In this document: positions 47,760-59,259 of the stretch, in pieces
Position numbering within the stretch: position 1 is the first letter of the stretch
How the letters are laid out: each line of letters opens with the position of its first letter
Made by a program: the position numbers and the translations under genes
The notes under the pieces: generated by a model
Database searches by the model: none
What the model was told of the DNA's origin: nothing
Seen by the model: only the letters and a program-made list of their open reading frames with translations
DNA from: Torpedo marmorata
Taxonomy: Eukaryota
DNA: 64,000 nucleotides
Assembly (NCBI GenBank): GCA_977017645.1
Contig: OZ360221.1
Span: 97,588,001 to 97,652,000 of the forward strand
Reading direction: 5' to 3'

Positions 47760-49430
47760 TAACAGAGTCCCACAGCATCGAAACATGCCCACAGGCCCAG
47801 CTTGTTCATGTTGAACAACATGCCATTTTGTTTTAGTCCCAGTTGCTTGCATTAGGTTCATATCCCTCCCAATCCCCTCCCATTCATGTAATTATCCAAG
47901 TGTTTCTTAAAGGAAGCTAACACACCTGCCTCCACCACTTTGTCTGGCAGCTCGTTCCATATGCCCACCATGAGTAAAAACTATCTCATGTCCCTTCTAA
48001 ATCTCACTTCCTTACCTTAGTTATGCCCTCTAATCTTAGATTCTCCCACTCTAGGACACAGACTGTCACTGTTCACCCTAACAATGCTCCTCGTGATTTT
48101 ATAGTCCTCAACAACATGTTCTCTCAACTTCCTACAGGCCCTGTTTCTCCAGTCTCTCACAATAACTCAAATTCCCTAATCCTGGAAACAACCTCATAAA
48201 CCTCCTCTGTACCTTTTCAACTTTATAATATCCTCATGTAGCTATACAAACAAAATGGCACACAATGTTCCAAGTGTGGCCTCACCAAAGTCATGTATAA
48301 CTTCAACATGACATCCCAACACCCTGAACGAAGAAGACAAGCATCCCAAACACTCTCTTCATTACTATGTCCACCTGTATTGCCATCTTTAAAAAGATAC
48401 GTACCTGCACCCCTCAGTCCATCTGCCCCACAACACTCTTTAGGGCCCTGCTGTTAATAGAGGAAGTCCTGCCCTGGTTCAATTTACCCAAATGCAGCAC
48501 CGCACACTTCTCCAAGATGAACTGTAACTGCCATCCTGAGCCAGTTCCCGATCTGATCTAGATCCTGTGACAAACTTAGGTAACCTTCTTCATTGTCGAC
48601 AGAAGCACATATTTCTCACCTTGTAACAAACATCCTTGTCCTAATCATTTTTGTATATTACAAAAAGCAAGGGTCTTACTACCAAACCCTGAGTCACAGT
48701 CCTGTCTGAAAAACTGCCCACTACAACCATTCTCTGGCACCTATCACTGAGCCAATTTTTTTTTATATCAAGTTGGCTAGTTAGCCTCCTATCCCATGTG
48801 CCCTAACCTTCCATTATCAACCAGCCATGTGGCACTTTATCAAACATGGGATTATTTGAGTACAGCGGTAGACATTTGATCCACGGAGGTCATGCTGGCT
48901 TTCTGCAAGAGTGATCCAGTCAGTCCTATTAACAGGCCTTTACCTCTGGCCCTGCATATTTCTTTTTACTCTCTCAACTATCTTTTTAAAACAATTATTA
49001 AATTTGGGGCTGTGAATTCCAGATTATAACTACCCACTGAATGAAAATATATTTTCCCAATCTCACCTCTAGTTTATAAGCAAATCAATTTAACTTTGTT
49101 TCCTCTGATTCTTGAGCCTTCCGTCAATAGAAACAATTTCATTTTACTTATTTTCTGTTCAGTTCTCATGATTTTGAACATCTATCAAATCACCTGACCA
49201 CCTGTTCTCTTCAAAGAAAAATCTTAAGCTTCTCCAATTTAAACATATAACTCTTTTCTTCATCTCTGGAGACCATTCTGCTCAATCTTTTCTTTACCCT
49301 TTTGAGGGCCTTGACATTCTTCCTGTAGTAAGATCATCTTCAACCTTGAAACCAGTCTAGTAAATATCTACTGCACCCTTTTATGTCAAAGTGTGATGCT
49401 CAGAATTAGACAGTGTTGCAGCTGGCTAAT
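47760..49430 (-). mobile_element. Old CR1 remnants
   Basis: Degenerate reverse-strand CR1 ORF2 3' nucleotides; boundaries approximate. Confidence 0.55.
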
Positions 49431-50879
49431 GAATTGATGGCGGCTTATTATTTCTCAATTAATATTACAAATCTCACTTTGGCTCAGTGCCCCAGTCTAT
49501 GGCTTTTAAGACATGGTACATATTTTAACATACATATAATGCTCCAAAGAAGTTATCTTAATTCCAAAAGGTGACAAACAGGTTGAGAAATCTCTCAACC
49601 TACATTAATAATAATTAAGTTCAAAGAGAAAAATACACCCTGAAAATATAGAAATTTGAGAGAAGGATTAAGAATTAGATGTATTGGGAATAGAATTGTG
49701 TATGAATGTGGATAATGCATAATGTATAATGACAATGACAAAATGATATGGATGAGAATTAAACATAGTCCTATAATTGCCTGAGGCTTTCAATTCTCAG
49801 TCATGTCATGCATAAAGCTGCAAATTTAAATTTATAGGAGTTGCGGGTCTGCTTTTTGTTGTGAAATTGAAAACTACTGAGAAATGTCTGAATTACACTT
49901 AAATGTTGTATGAACAATTCTGTTTCTCATCCTTTATCAAGTTCATCAGAATTCATCAATGTGCCTTTAAGCTATTTAAGGGCAATAAGTTAACTAGATT
50001 TTGAAATGGTTTAGCCATGTATCTGTGGAAGGACCAAAATACTAATCAACATATGGTGTACACACTATACAAAGAAACAAGGATTCAATGATACTGTTGT
50101 CATTTATGCCAGGTTTTAAATAAATGTTGAAAATGACTGAACTTTGGCTTTTGAGTGATGCCATTGTTTTGATTTTGTTCAGCTATTATTAATCCCATAC
50201 TCTGCCCTGATCAGATCCTCCCAACAAATATATAACTTTTGACGCAGAAATGTATTTCCATTGAATTCAGAATCATGATGTTGTTGATGAGATGATCATG
50301 ATCATGTACTACCACAATAAAATAAAGTGCAAGGTCTTGTGAAAAGGTTCATTTTACCAGCATATTATTAAAATATTACCAATTTAATCTGGTGCCAACT
50401 TAATTTAGATTTTTACCATAAATGTTTATGCTGAGATTAATATCACCATAATAAATTACTTGGGCATTTTCATACTGATAATGTGGTTCATTGCTATATA
50501 CAAATTTGCTGTTGTGTTTGTCAGTGGTTATCGTTAAAAAATGTCTTCATTGACTGCAAAACAAAAGGTGCAAATTGGAGTCATAAGAGTTTTACAGCAT
50601 GGAAATGGGCCCTTCAGCATTTTTCCACACTGACCAAGTAATCCACTTATACTAGTCCTATTTGCCTGTGTTTGGCCTGTATACCTCTGTATCTTTCCAA
50701 TCTATGTACTTATCCAAATGTCTTTTGAATGTTGCAATTATACCCACCTCTCCACTTCTGGCAGCATGTTCCTCATACCAACTACCCTCTGAATGAAAAA
50801 AAAGATGCCTTTCAGATCCCTTTTAAACCTTTCCCCTCTCACTTTAACTCTTTTCCCTCTAGTTTTAGACTCCTCTTCC

Positions 50880-52134
50880 CAGTGGCGTAACTAGGGTTGG
50901 TGTCACCCAGTGCGGTAACTCATGGTGTCACCCCCCACCCCCCCACCCCCCCACCCCCCGTGGACCTCCTCCCGTACCAGACCATACAGAATCCTTAATA
51001 ATGTTTTTTGTACTAATGTTACTCATAAATCGTAATTCCCGTATGTCACTGAATGTAATGGCAATAGTAGTGAGATAAACAATTAGCAAAATTAAAATTA
51101 CACCTTTAAATTACAATATCATATGCACAGCATAAATGTATTTACATTTACATAGTTTCATGTGGTTAAAGTGAAAATTCGGTAAGAAAACAATAGAATT
51201 TGAAATAAACACGTTTAAGAACTACATCAAAATTATGTTGATTTTAACGTTAAACTTTATTGTTACATAAGATACATTAATGGATTAGGTTTGCATAATC
51301 AATAATGGCCAAAATAATGTAGAACTTGTAGACAAATGCATATGGAAATATACTCATAAATGAAATAATACCCTAAAATAAACAGGAACAAATACACAAG
51401 CATTTCAGCGCTTAGTGAACATTTAGACTAATTCAGAACTTTCCTTTCCTCGTCTTCAAAGCTGCGAACTTGTGAATCACTTCATCGAAATCAATGCCTT
51501 TCGCCAATTCACTTTCAATTGATAATATTGCAAGATCGGAAAGCCTTGACTGTCCCATGGTAGATCGCAAATAGTTCTTTATAAGTTTCAGCTTTGAATT
51601 ACAACATTATTAGTTACAACATTATTACTAACTGAGCGGAAGCCTTTTTTTGATTTTTCTCCTTCCTTTCCTTTAATTACTACTTCATTCTCAAAGAAGT
51701 TACTGATATAGGTTCACAAATACAAATTACCACAATATTGTAGCTAAAACACCAGAAAATTTGACAAAAGCAGCGACTATAAAAACACCAGCAGCAACGA
51801 AAACAACAGCGCGTGCTTGTAGTGCGTGCAGACGAAACCACGTGATTCGAAGCGACATTGTAATTGGGTAATAATGACAGCTCTGACCAAAACACATTAG
51901 AAGGTTCAAAAAGTAAATTAGCATAGAGTTTTAGCCTTGTACGTATATTGATACATGTAAGCTGGGCTTACGAAAAATGTTTTTGTTGTTATAACTAACT
52001 ACAGGGATATTTTTATAAAAAATAATAAATTTTTGCTGAAACAATGCACAAAAATTTTATAGACAGTCATTTTGGTGTCACCCCCTCTGATGGTGTCACC
52101 CGGTGCGGTCCGCACCCCCTTAGTGATGCCAGTG
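50880..52134 (-). mobile_element. Internally deleted hAT (Tip100-like) element inside a CR1 remnant
   Basis: TIRs CAGTGGCGTAACTAGG / CTTAGTGATGCCAGTG; TSD CCTCT(T/A)CC (50872-50879 / 52135-52142); sub-terminal TGGTGTCACCC repeats. Confidence 0.88.
51433..51597 (-). pseudogene. hAT transposase C-terminal dimerisation-domain remnant
   Basis: Manual translation SKLKLIKNYLRSTMGQSRLSDLAILSIESELAKGIDFDEVIHKFAALKTRKGKF*. Confidence 0.88.
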
Positions 52135-53360
52135 CCTCTACCATGGGAAAAAAACTATGATTATTTACCTTATTTATGCCTCTCATTATTTTGTGTACTA
52201 ATAAATTAAGCACATTTTTTCTTTGAAAGTCTTTGCTTGCAGGCCAAAATTATTCTCTCTCTACTGGAAATTGTATCTTAACAAATGATATAAGATAAAA
52301 ATATCAGTAGGCAGTCCAACCCTAACCCTAACCCTCAACTGTGCCCGGCTAATCAATAAGATCATTGCTAATCTTTTACCTCCAGCCCACTTTTTACCCT
52401 AAATTCATATTCCTTGAATCTCATGGTGTTCAAAAAACTGTTGATATGTCTTGACATCCAGCACTCTAGTAAAGAGAATTAGAACATTTATTAACAACTG
52501 AGTAAATATATCTTCCTTAACTTGATTCCAAATGTGATGTCATGCTCTCCAATACTTGGCTCTCCAGCCTTTCACTACCTACCTGTCAATCCTTGCCAAC
52601 ATTTTCAGCGCGTTGATGAGTCTCAGAGTTAGAATAATTATAGTGAGAATAGGACTTAAAAAGCACAGTGCATATGAGAGAGATAATGAATGACAGCCAT
52701 CTATTTTTAATGGAGCGTTAATTCTCGTTTTTGCCTACAGCACCACCTCGTGGTCGTAAACCAAAGTGATTGAATTCAAATGATACTGTCATAGATACAA
52801 TTTCACATTCTGGAAACAAAAAGTCTGCAGATGCTGGATGCTGACTGTCTATTGCTTTCTATGGATGCTGCCTGACCAGCTGAATTCCTCCAGCACTTTC
52901 TTTGTGTGTAATTTCATGTGCTCATCAGTTTCTCAATAACTCAAAATATAGATTTCAGCCCTAAGTCCAAATAAACATAAACTTTCTGTTTACAAAAGTG
53001 AAAAAAACATTTAACTACAAGATGTACCAGAAATAACAGTGATAAATGCATGTTCTTATTATGCAGTATTTTAAATTCAGGAAAATGTGAGAACTCTACA
53101 ATATTTGCTTTTGGGTTGGACGTCTTATTCTACTATAATCTTTCTTAGGGTAAAAGTAAATGTTTATTTTATTTGCAGCAAATACATATAGGATATGGTA
53201 AATTCATTTGGGCTGCTGCACTGTATACCTTAAGAACTTTATGGTTATTTTGAACATTTAATGTTTTAGTAACACTGTAAATAAGTTAATTTTAGTTCTT
53301 TGAGCTTATTTCCCCATTCCCATTTTACAGTATCCAAGCACAACACAATCATTCAATACA

Positions 53361-53434
53361 TTACATTGGTCCATCTTCCAGGTTTTTCTGGGGCAAGGTT
53401 TCAGATAAGATCTTCCCTAATACTTGTGCAATTT
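53361..53434 (-). CDS. Candidate terminal coding exon of an unidentified upstream gene (xIAQVLGKILSETLPQKNLEDGPM*)
   Basis: Strong acceptor cttaac-tctctgtatttttctgcag|, open phase-1 frame to TAA, AATAAA about 190 nt downstream (~53163-53173), in non-repetitive DNA. Protein not recognised. Confidence 0.4.
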
Positions 53435-54886
53435 CTGCAGAAAAATACAGAGAGTTAAGAATGTTAAATAATATGAATTTTGCAAGAAAAATCAATTACA
53501 ACGATTACATAGGTACATGTTTAATCGGATACTATCCAGGCATTACTGTTCTCTCCATAAATAGAGGTGTCATTATATGCAATAAAAAATATCTAAATTT
53601 GTTCAAATCAGTTGTCAAATCAGAAAAGTATGAATTACTGTTCCTTAGGATTGTGTTTGGCTTCATGGTGATGGTGAAGAAAGCAGAGTTGGAAATTTAG
53701 CAGGATGACTAATTCTGGTACCAAATGTCCAGAAAATCAGATACAATTTTATCTTAGGTCTGCCAAAGGATCGGTCCCTTATAAGATAGAATGGACTTTT
53801 GCAATAATTTAATTTTGTTAATCACTTTTATCAATATTGGTTTTTAAGAAGTGAATTCAAATTCTACAACTGATATACTGGCTTTAATTCAGCAAGTCTA
53901 CAACTTTGAGCACTTTCAAAATATGTAACATTTTGTTCTTAAGACAACAAAGAAATACATGGCCATGTTGTGATGAATGCAATTTGGGTAGTGTTGTGTG
54001 CTATATTTCACTCCAAGATCTTGGTGGTGTTAAAGTTGATGTAGTGTATTACTCTGATGTCATGTCAATGACAGGTGGCTGATTGTTCCAACAATTTGGA
54101 TATAGAAAAATAAAGGTAACAACAAGGTAAATAAGGAATAGTAGATAACATAAGAACTTCTTCAACGCAAAGTGGAAAGTAGGAGAAATTTGCAAGAGAT
54201 ATCTTGAGCTGTAAGGTTGTGGTGCTAGATATGAAGGCGTAAAATCTTAGCTCATTTTCTGCTCTCTCTCCCTTTCTCTCTCTGGTTTAAGATCAGTTAA
54301 ATGTTGTACATGTCTTTAAATATAGCAAGGGCACAACGTGGAATTTATTTTGGGCAAGGTCCAGTTGGCAAGGAGCCAAGAGGCGGGAAGGAGCTGAACC
54401 GACGTGAGTGAGTAGAGTGGTCCGAATTTATTTATTTATTTATTTAAAAGTCAGGTGTGTATTTATTTATTTATTTAAATTGTAAGGGGCAGTGTTTGTG
54501 TAAATCTAAAGTAGTTAATTTAATTTAATCTTAAAGTGGGGAGGGGGCTAGTGTGCAGGCGTGTGGTGACGTAGGCAGGGAGCGAGATTTAAAAACAGTA
54601 AGGAAGCCTTACCACAGTCGAGGTCCAGTTGGCAAGGAGCCAAGAGGCGGGAAGGCGCTGAACCGACGTGAGTGAGTAGAGTGGTCATTTTAGTAGTTAA
54701 TTAAGAGTTAACGATTTAAGTGGGGATTGCTGTTCAGTGCAGAGACAGTAATTGAATAGGGAGTGCAGGTGGGAGTAATAAAGGAAACTGGTTAGGATTA
54801 GACAGTGGTAGTGGTCACAGTAAGTAGTGTAAGACCATTAAAGTAAAGGTGAGGTTTGGGAGTGGCAGCGAATGAGTGGGACAGCG

Positions 54887-55103
54887 AAGGAGTGGAACAC
54901 ACTTCAGGCTTTGACTCGACAGGAAGGAGTGGAACACTAGTGGAACACACTTCAGGCTTTGACTCGACAGGAAGGAGTGGAACACACTTCAGGCTTTGAC
55001 TCGACAGGAAGGAGTGGAACACTAGTGGAACACACTTCAGGCTTTGACTTGACAGGAAGGAGTGGAACACTAGTGGAACACACTTCAGGCTTTGACTCGA
55101 CAG
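54887..55103 (+). repeat. Tandem 37/48-bp repeats (5 units) in the CR1 5' UTR
   Basis: GAAGGAGTGGAACAC[TAGTGGAACAC]ACTTCAGGCTTTGACTCGACAG repeated. Confidence 0.92.
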
Positions 55104-56499
55104 GCTTCGACGAGCACAGGCTGAGGACGCGTCACTGCACACTAAGGTAAGAGTCTTAAAGTCTCTCATATTACGATTTCATTGGGGTAAAGGATGAGTG
55201 TTAGGGCTGTGTGTTGTTGGGAGTGCCAGATGTGGGAGGTCCTGGAGTCTTCCAGACTCCCTGATGTCCATATCTGCACGAGGTGTGTAGAGCTGCAGAT
55301 TTTAGGGACCGTGTTGGGGAACTGGAGCTGCAGCTCGATGACCTCAGACTGGTTAGGGAAACTGAGGAAGTCATAGATAGGAGTAACAGCCAGGTGGTCA
55401 CGCCAGGGCCACGGGAGGAGGAAAGGTGGGTAACAGTTAGAAGAGGGACAGTAAAACGTAAGGTGCCAGAGAGGAGCCCTATGACTGTAACCCTCAACAA
55501 TAAGTACGCCTCTTTGGGTACTGTTGAGGAGAACAGCATAGTTGGGGGGAGCAGCAGTGGCTGTGCCTCTGGCACGGGGTCAGCCCCTGTGGCTCAGAAG
55601 GGTAGGCAAAGGAAGAGGAGGGCAATAGTCGTAGGGGACTCCATAGTTAAGAGGACAGATAGGGGATTCTGTGGACGCAGCAAGGAGAACCGGATGGTGG
55701 TTTGCCTCCCTGGTGCCAGGGTCCGGGATGTTGCTGCTCGTATCCCGGATATCCTAAAGGGGGAGGGACAGGAGCCAGAGGTCGTGGTACATGTAGGTAC
55801 CAATAACATAGGGAGGAATAGAGAAGAGGTCCTAAAAAGTGAGTACAGGCAGTTAGGTAGGGAGTTAAAAAGAAGGACCGCAAAGGGGGTAATCTCCGGA
55901 TTACTCCCTGTGACAGTGAGAGTAGGAATAGAATGAGGTGGAGGATTAACACGTGGCTGAAGGAATGGAGTAAGGGACAGGGTTTCAAGTTTCTGGATCA
56001 CTGGGACCTTTTTTGGGGGAGATGTGACCTGTACAGTAAGGACGGGTTACACTTGAATCCCAGGGGGACCAGAATCCTGGCAGGGGTATTTGCTAGGGCT
56101 ACTCAGGAGCCTTTAAACTAGAAAGGTTGGGGGGAGGGAGCAAAATAGTACAGAGCAGTAAGGAGAAGGTTAGAACAGAGAAAGTTTGTAGTCAGTGTTT
56201 GAATATGGATGGGCAGGTGATAGAGAAGGTTACTAAAGATGAGGGCAAACAGAGATTAAGAAGTGGGAAATTTCTGAAATTCATATATTTTAATGCCAGG
56301 AGTATTGTAAAAAAGGTGGATGAGCTGAAGGTGTGGATTGATACTTGGAAGTATGATGTGGTAGCCATTAGTGAGACATGGTTGCAGGAGGGATGTGATT
56401 GGCAGCTGAATATCCCTGGGTTTCGTTGCTTTAGGTGTGATAGAGTCGGAGGAGCAAGAGGAGGTGGTGTTGCATTGCTTGTCAGGGAGAATATTACAG

Positions 56500-56602
56500 T
56501 GAAATACACAAATGCTGGAGAACTCAGCAGGTCAAACAGTGTCCTTTATGTAGCAAAGGTAGAAATACATAACCGACGTTTCGGGCTTAAGCCATTCATC
56601 AA
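56500..56602 (-). mobile_element. Penelope-derived mini-element inserted into CR1 ORF2
   Basis: 12-bp TSD AGAATATTACAG (56488-56499 / 56603-56614); empty site at 18280-18291; minus TTGATGA-A-TGGCTTAAGCCC-GAAAC-GTC. Confidence 0.9.
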
Positions 56603-59259
56603 AGAATATTACAGCGGTGCTTAGGCAGGATAGATTAGAGGGCTCGTCCACAGAGGCTATTTGGGTAGAACTGAGAAGTGGGAAAGGAGAAGTTACACTT
56701 GTAGGGGTGTATTATAGACCACCTGGAGGGGACCGAGACCTAGAGGAGCAAATCTGTAGGGAGATAGTGGATATTTGTGATAAGCACAGGGTTGTGATTA
56801 TGGGAGATTTTAATTTTCCACATATAGATTGGGAAACACATTCTGTGAAAGGGCTGGATGGGTTGGAGTTTGTGAAATGTGTGCAGGATAGTTTTTTACA
56901 ACAATATGTAGAGGTACCGACCAGAGAAGGAGCAGTGTTAGATCTACTGTTAGCAAATGAGATAGGTCAAGTGACGGAGGTTTGTGTTGGCGAGCACTTT
57001 GGGTCCAGTGATCATAATGCCATTATGGAAAGAGATAAGTCAGGGCCAAGGGTTGAGGTTTTTGATTGGGGGGAAAAACTAGATTTGAGGAGATGCGAAA
57101 GGACTTACAGGGTGTGCATTGGGACAATTTGTTTTATGGGCAGGATGTAGTAGAGAGATGGAAGTCTTTTAAAGATCAGATTTTGAGAGTGCAAAAGCTT
57201 TATGTTCCTGTTAGGTTAAAAGGAGGGGCAAAAGGTTTGAGAGAGCCGTGGTTTTCGAGGAATATTGGAAACTTGTTTCGAAAAAAAAAAAGGGAGGCGT
57301 ACATTAAGTATAAGAAGCATGGAAATAAGGAGATGTTTGAAAAATACATTGAATGTAAAAAGAATCTTAAGAGAGGAATTAGGAAAGCTAAAAGAAGGTA
57401 TGATGAGACTATAGCAAGCAGGGTGAAAATTAATCCAAAAGGTTTTTACAAATACGTTAATGGTAAAAGGAAAGCGAGGGACAAAATTGGTCCCTTAGAG
57501 AATCAGAGCGGAAAACTGTGTGTGGAGCCTAGAGAAATGGGGGAGATATTGAACAGTTTCTTTTCGGTATTCACCAAGGAGAAGGATATTGAGATATGCG
57601 AGATAAAAAAAGCAAATTGGGTAAATATGGAGAATATAGGGATTACGAAAGATGTAGTGTTAGGGCTTTTGAGGCATATAAAGGTGGATAAGTCTCCGGG
57701 ACCCGACGGGATCTTCCCCAGGACCTTGAGAGAAGTAAGTGAAGAAATAGCAGAGGCTCTGACGGTGATTTTCCAAATGTCATTAGAGATGGGGATAGTG
57801 CCGGAGGATTGGCGTATTGCGCATGTGGTTCCGTTATTTAAAAAGGGTTCAAGGAGGAAGCCTGGCAATTATCGGCCTGTAAGTTTGACGTCTGTGGTAG
57901 GTAAATTAATGGAGAAAGTTCTCAGAGATAGTACTTATAAATATCTGGATAGACAGGGTCTGATCAGGAACTCTCAACACGGATTTGTGAGCGGAAGGTC
58001 CTGTTTGACCAATCTGATTGAATTTTTTGAAGAGGTGACTAGGAACGTGAATGAGGGTAGCACAGTGGATGTTGTCTATATGGACTTCAGTAAGGCCTTC
58101 GATAAGGTTCCGCATGGAAGGTTAGTTAGGAAGGTGCAGTCTTTAGGTATAAATTCTGAGATAGTCAAATGGATTGAACATTGGCTGGAAGGGAGAGGCC
58201 AGAGAGTGGTAGTGGATAATTGTCTGTCAGGTTGGAGGCCGGTGACCAGCGGTGTGCCTCAGGGATCTGTATTGGGCCCATTGTTGTTCGTTATATATAT
58301 CAATGATCTAGATGATGGGGTGGTAAACTGGATTAGTAAATATGCAGATGATACTAAGATAGGTGGAATAGTGGATAATGAAGAAGGTTTTCAAGGATTG
58401 CAGAGGGATTTGGGCTGCTTAGAAAAGTGGGCTGAAAAATGGCAGATGGAGTTTAATGCTGATAAGTGTGAGGTGCTTCATTTTGGTAAGAAGAATCAGA
58501 ACAGGACATATGTAGTAAATGGGAGAGCATTGATGAATACAGAAGAGCAGAAAGATTTAGGAATAACGGTGCATCGTTCCCTGAAGGTGGAAACTCATGT
58601 GAATAGGGTGGTGAAGAACGCTTTTGATATGCTGGCCTTTATCAATCATTGAATAGAATATAGGAGTTGGGAAGTGATGTTGAGATTATATAAGGCTTTG
58701 GTGCGGCCTAATTTAGAGTTCTGTGTGCAGTTCTGGTCGCCAAATTATAGGAAGGATATCAACAAAGTGGAGAGAGTGCAGAGAAGGTTTACCAGATTGT
58801 TACCTGGGTTTAAGAATCTAGAGTACAAGGAGAGATTGAGCATATTAGGTCTTTATTCTTTGGAGCGAAGAAGGTTGAGAGGGGATTTGATAGAGGTATT
58901 TAAAATTATGAAAGGGATAGACAGAGTGGATGTGGATAGACTATTTTCATTAAGAGTAGGAGAGATTGAAACAAGAGGACATGAGCTAAGAGTTAAGGGG
59001 CAGAGGTTTAGAGGTAACATGAGGGGGAACTTCTTTACTCAGAGAGTGGTAGCGGTGTGGAATGAGCTTCCGGGAGAAGTAGTGGCGGCAGAGTCAATTT
59101 TATTATTTAAGAAAAAGTTGGACAAGTATATGGATGAGAAGGAAGTGGAGGGTTATGGGCAGGGTGCAGGTAGGTGGGACTAGATAGGAATATTTGGTTC
59201 GGTGCGGACTGGAAGGGCCTAATGGCCTGTTTCCGTGCTGTAATTGTTATATGGTTTAT

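Larger units (their letters stand above)
54357..59256 (+). mobile_element. Near full-length CR1 LINE (5' UTR, ORF1 55194-56121, ORF2 ~56127-59183), several lesions
   Basis: ORF1 has CWEC/CTRC, a coiled coil and an SGNH esterase (GDSIV, PGA, HVGTN, DGLH). ORF2 has APE+RT and is nearly identical to 17801-20940. ATATGGTT tail. Confidence 0.96.

Noticed and set aside
52318-52335. Interstitial telomeric repeat (AACCCT)3
   Set aside because: Only three units, compatible with chance or slippage.
54860-54885. HDV-like ribozyme 3' motif (GCGAATGAGTGGGAC)
   Set aside because: Could not build the P1/P2/P3 nested double pseudoknot from upstream sequence.
54887-55103. CRISPR-like repeat array
   Set aside because: No unique spacers; head-to-tail tandem units in a vertebrate CR1 5' UTR; no cas genes.
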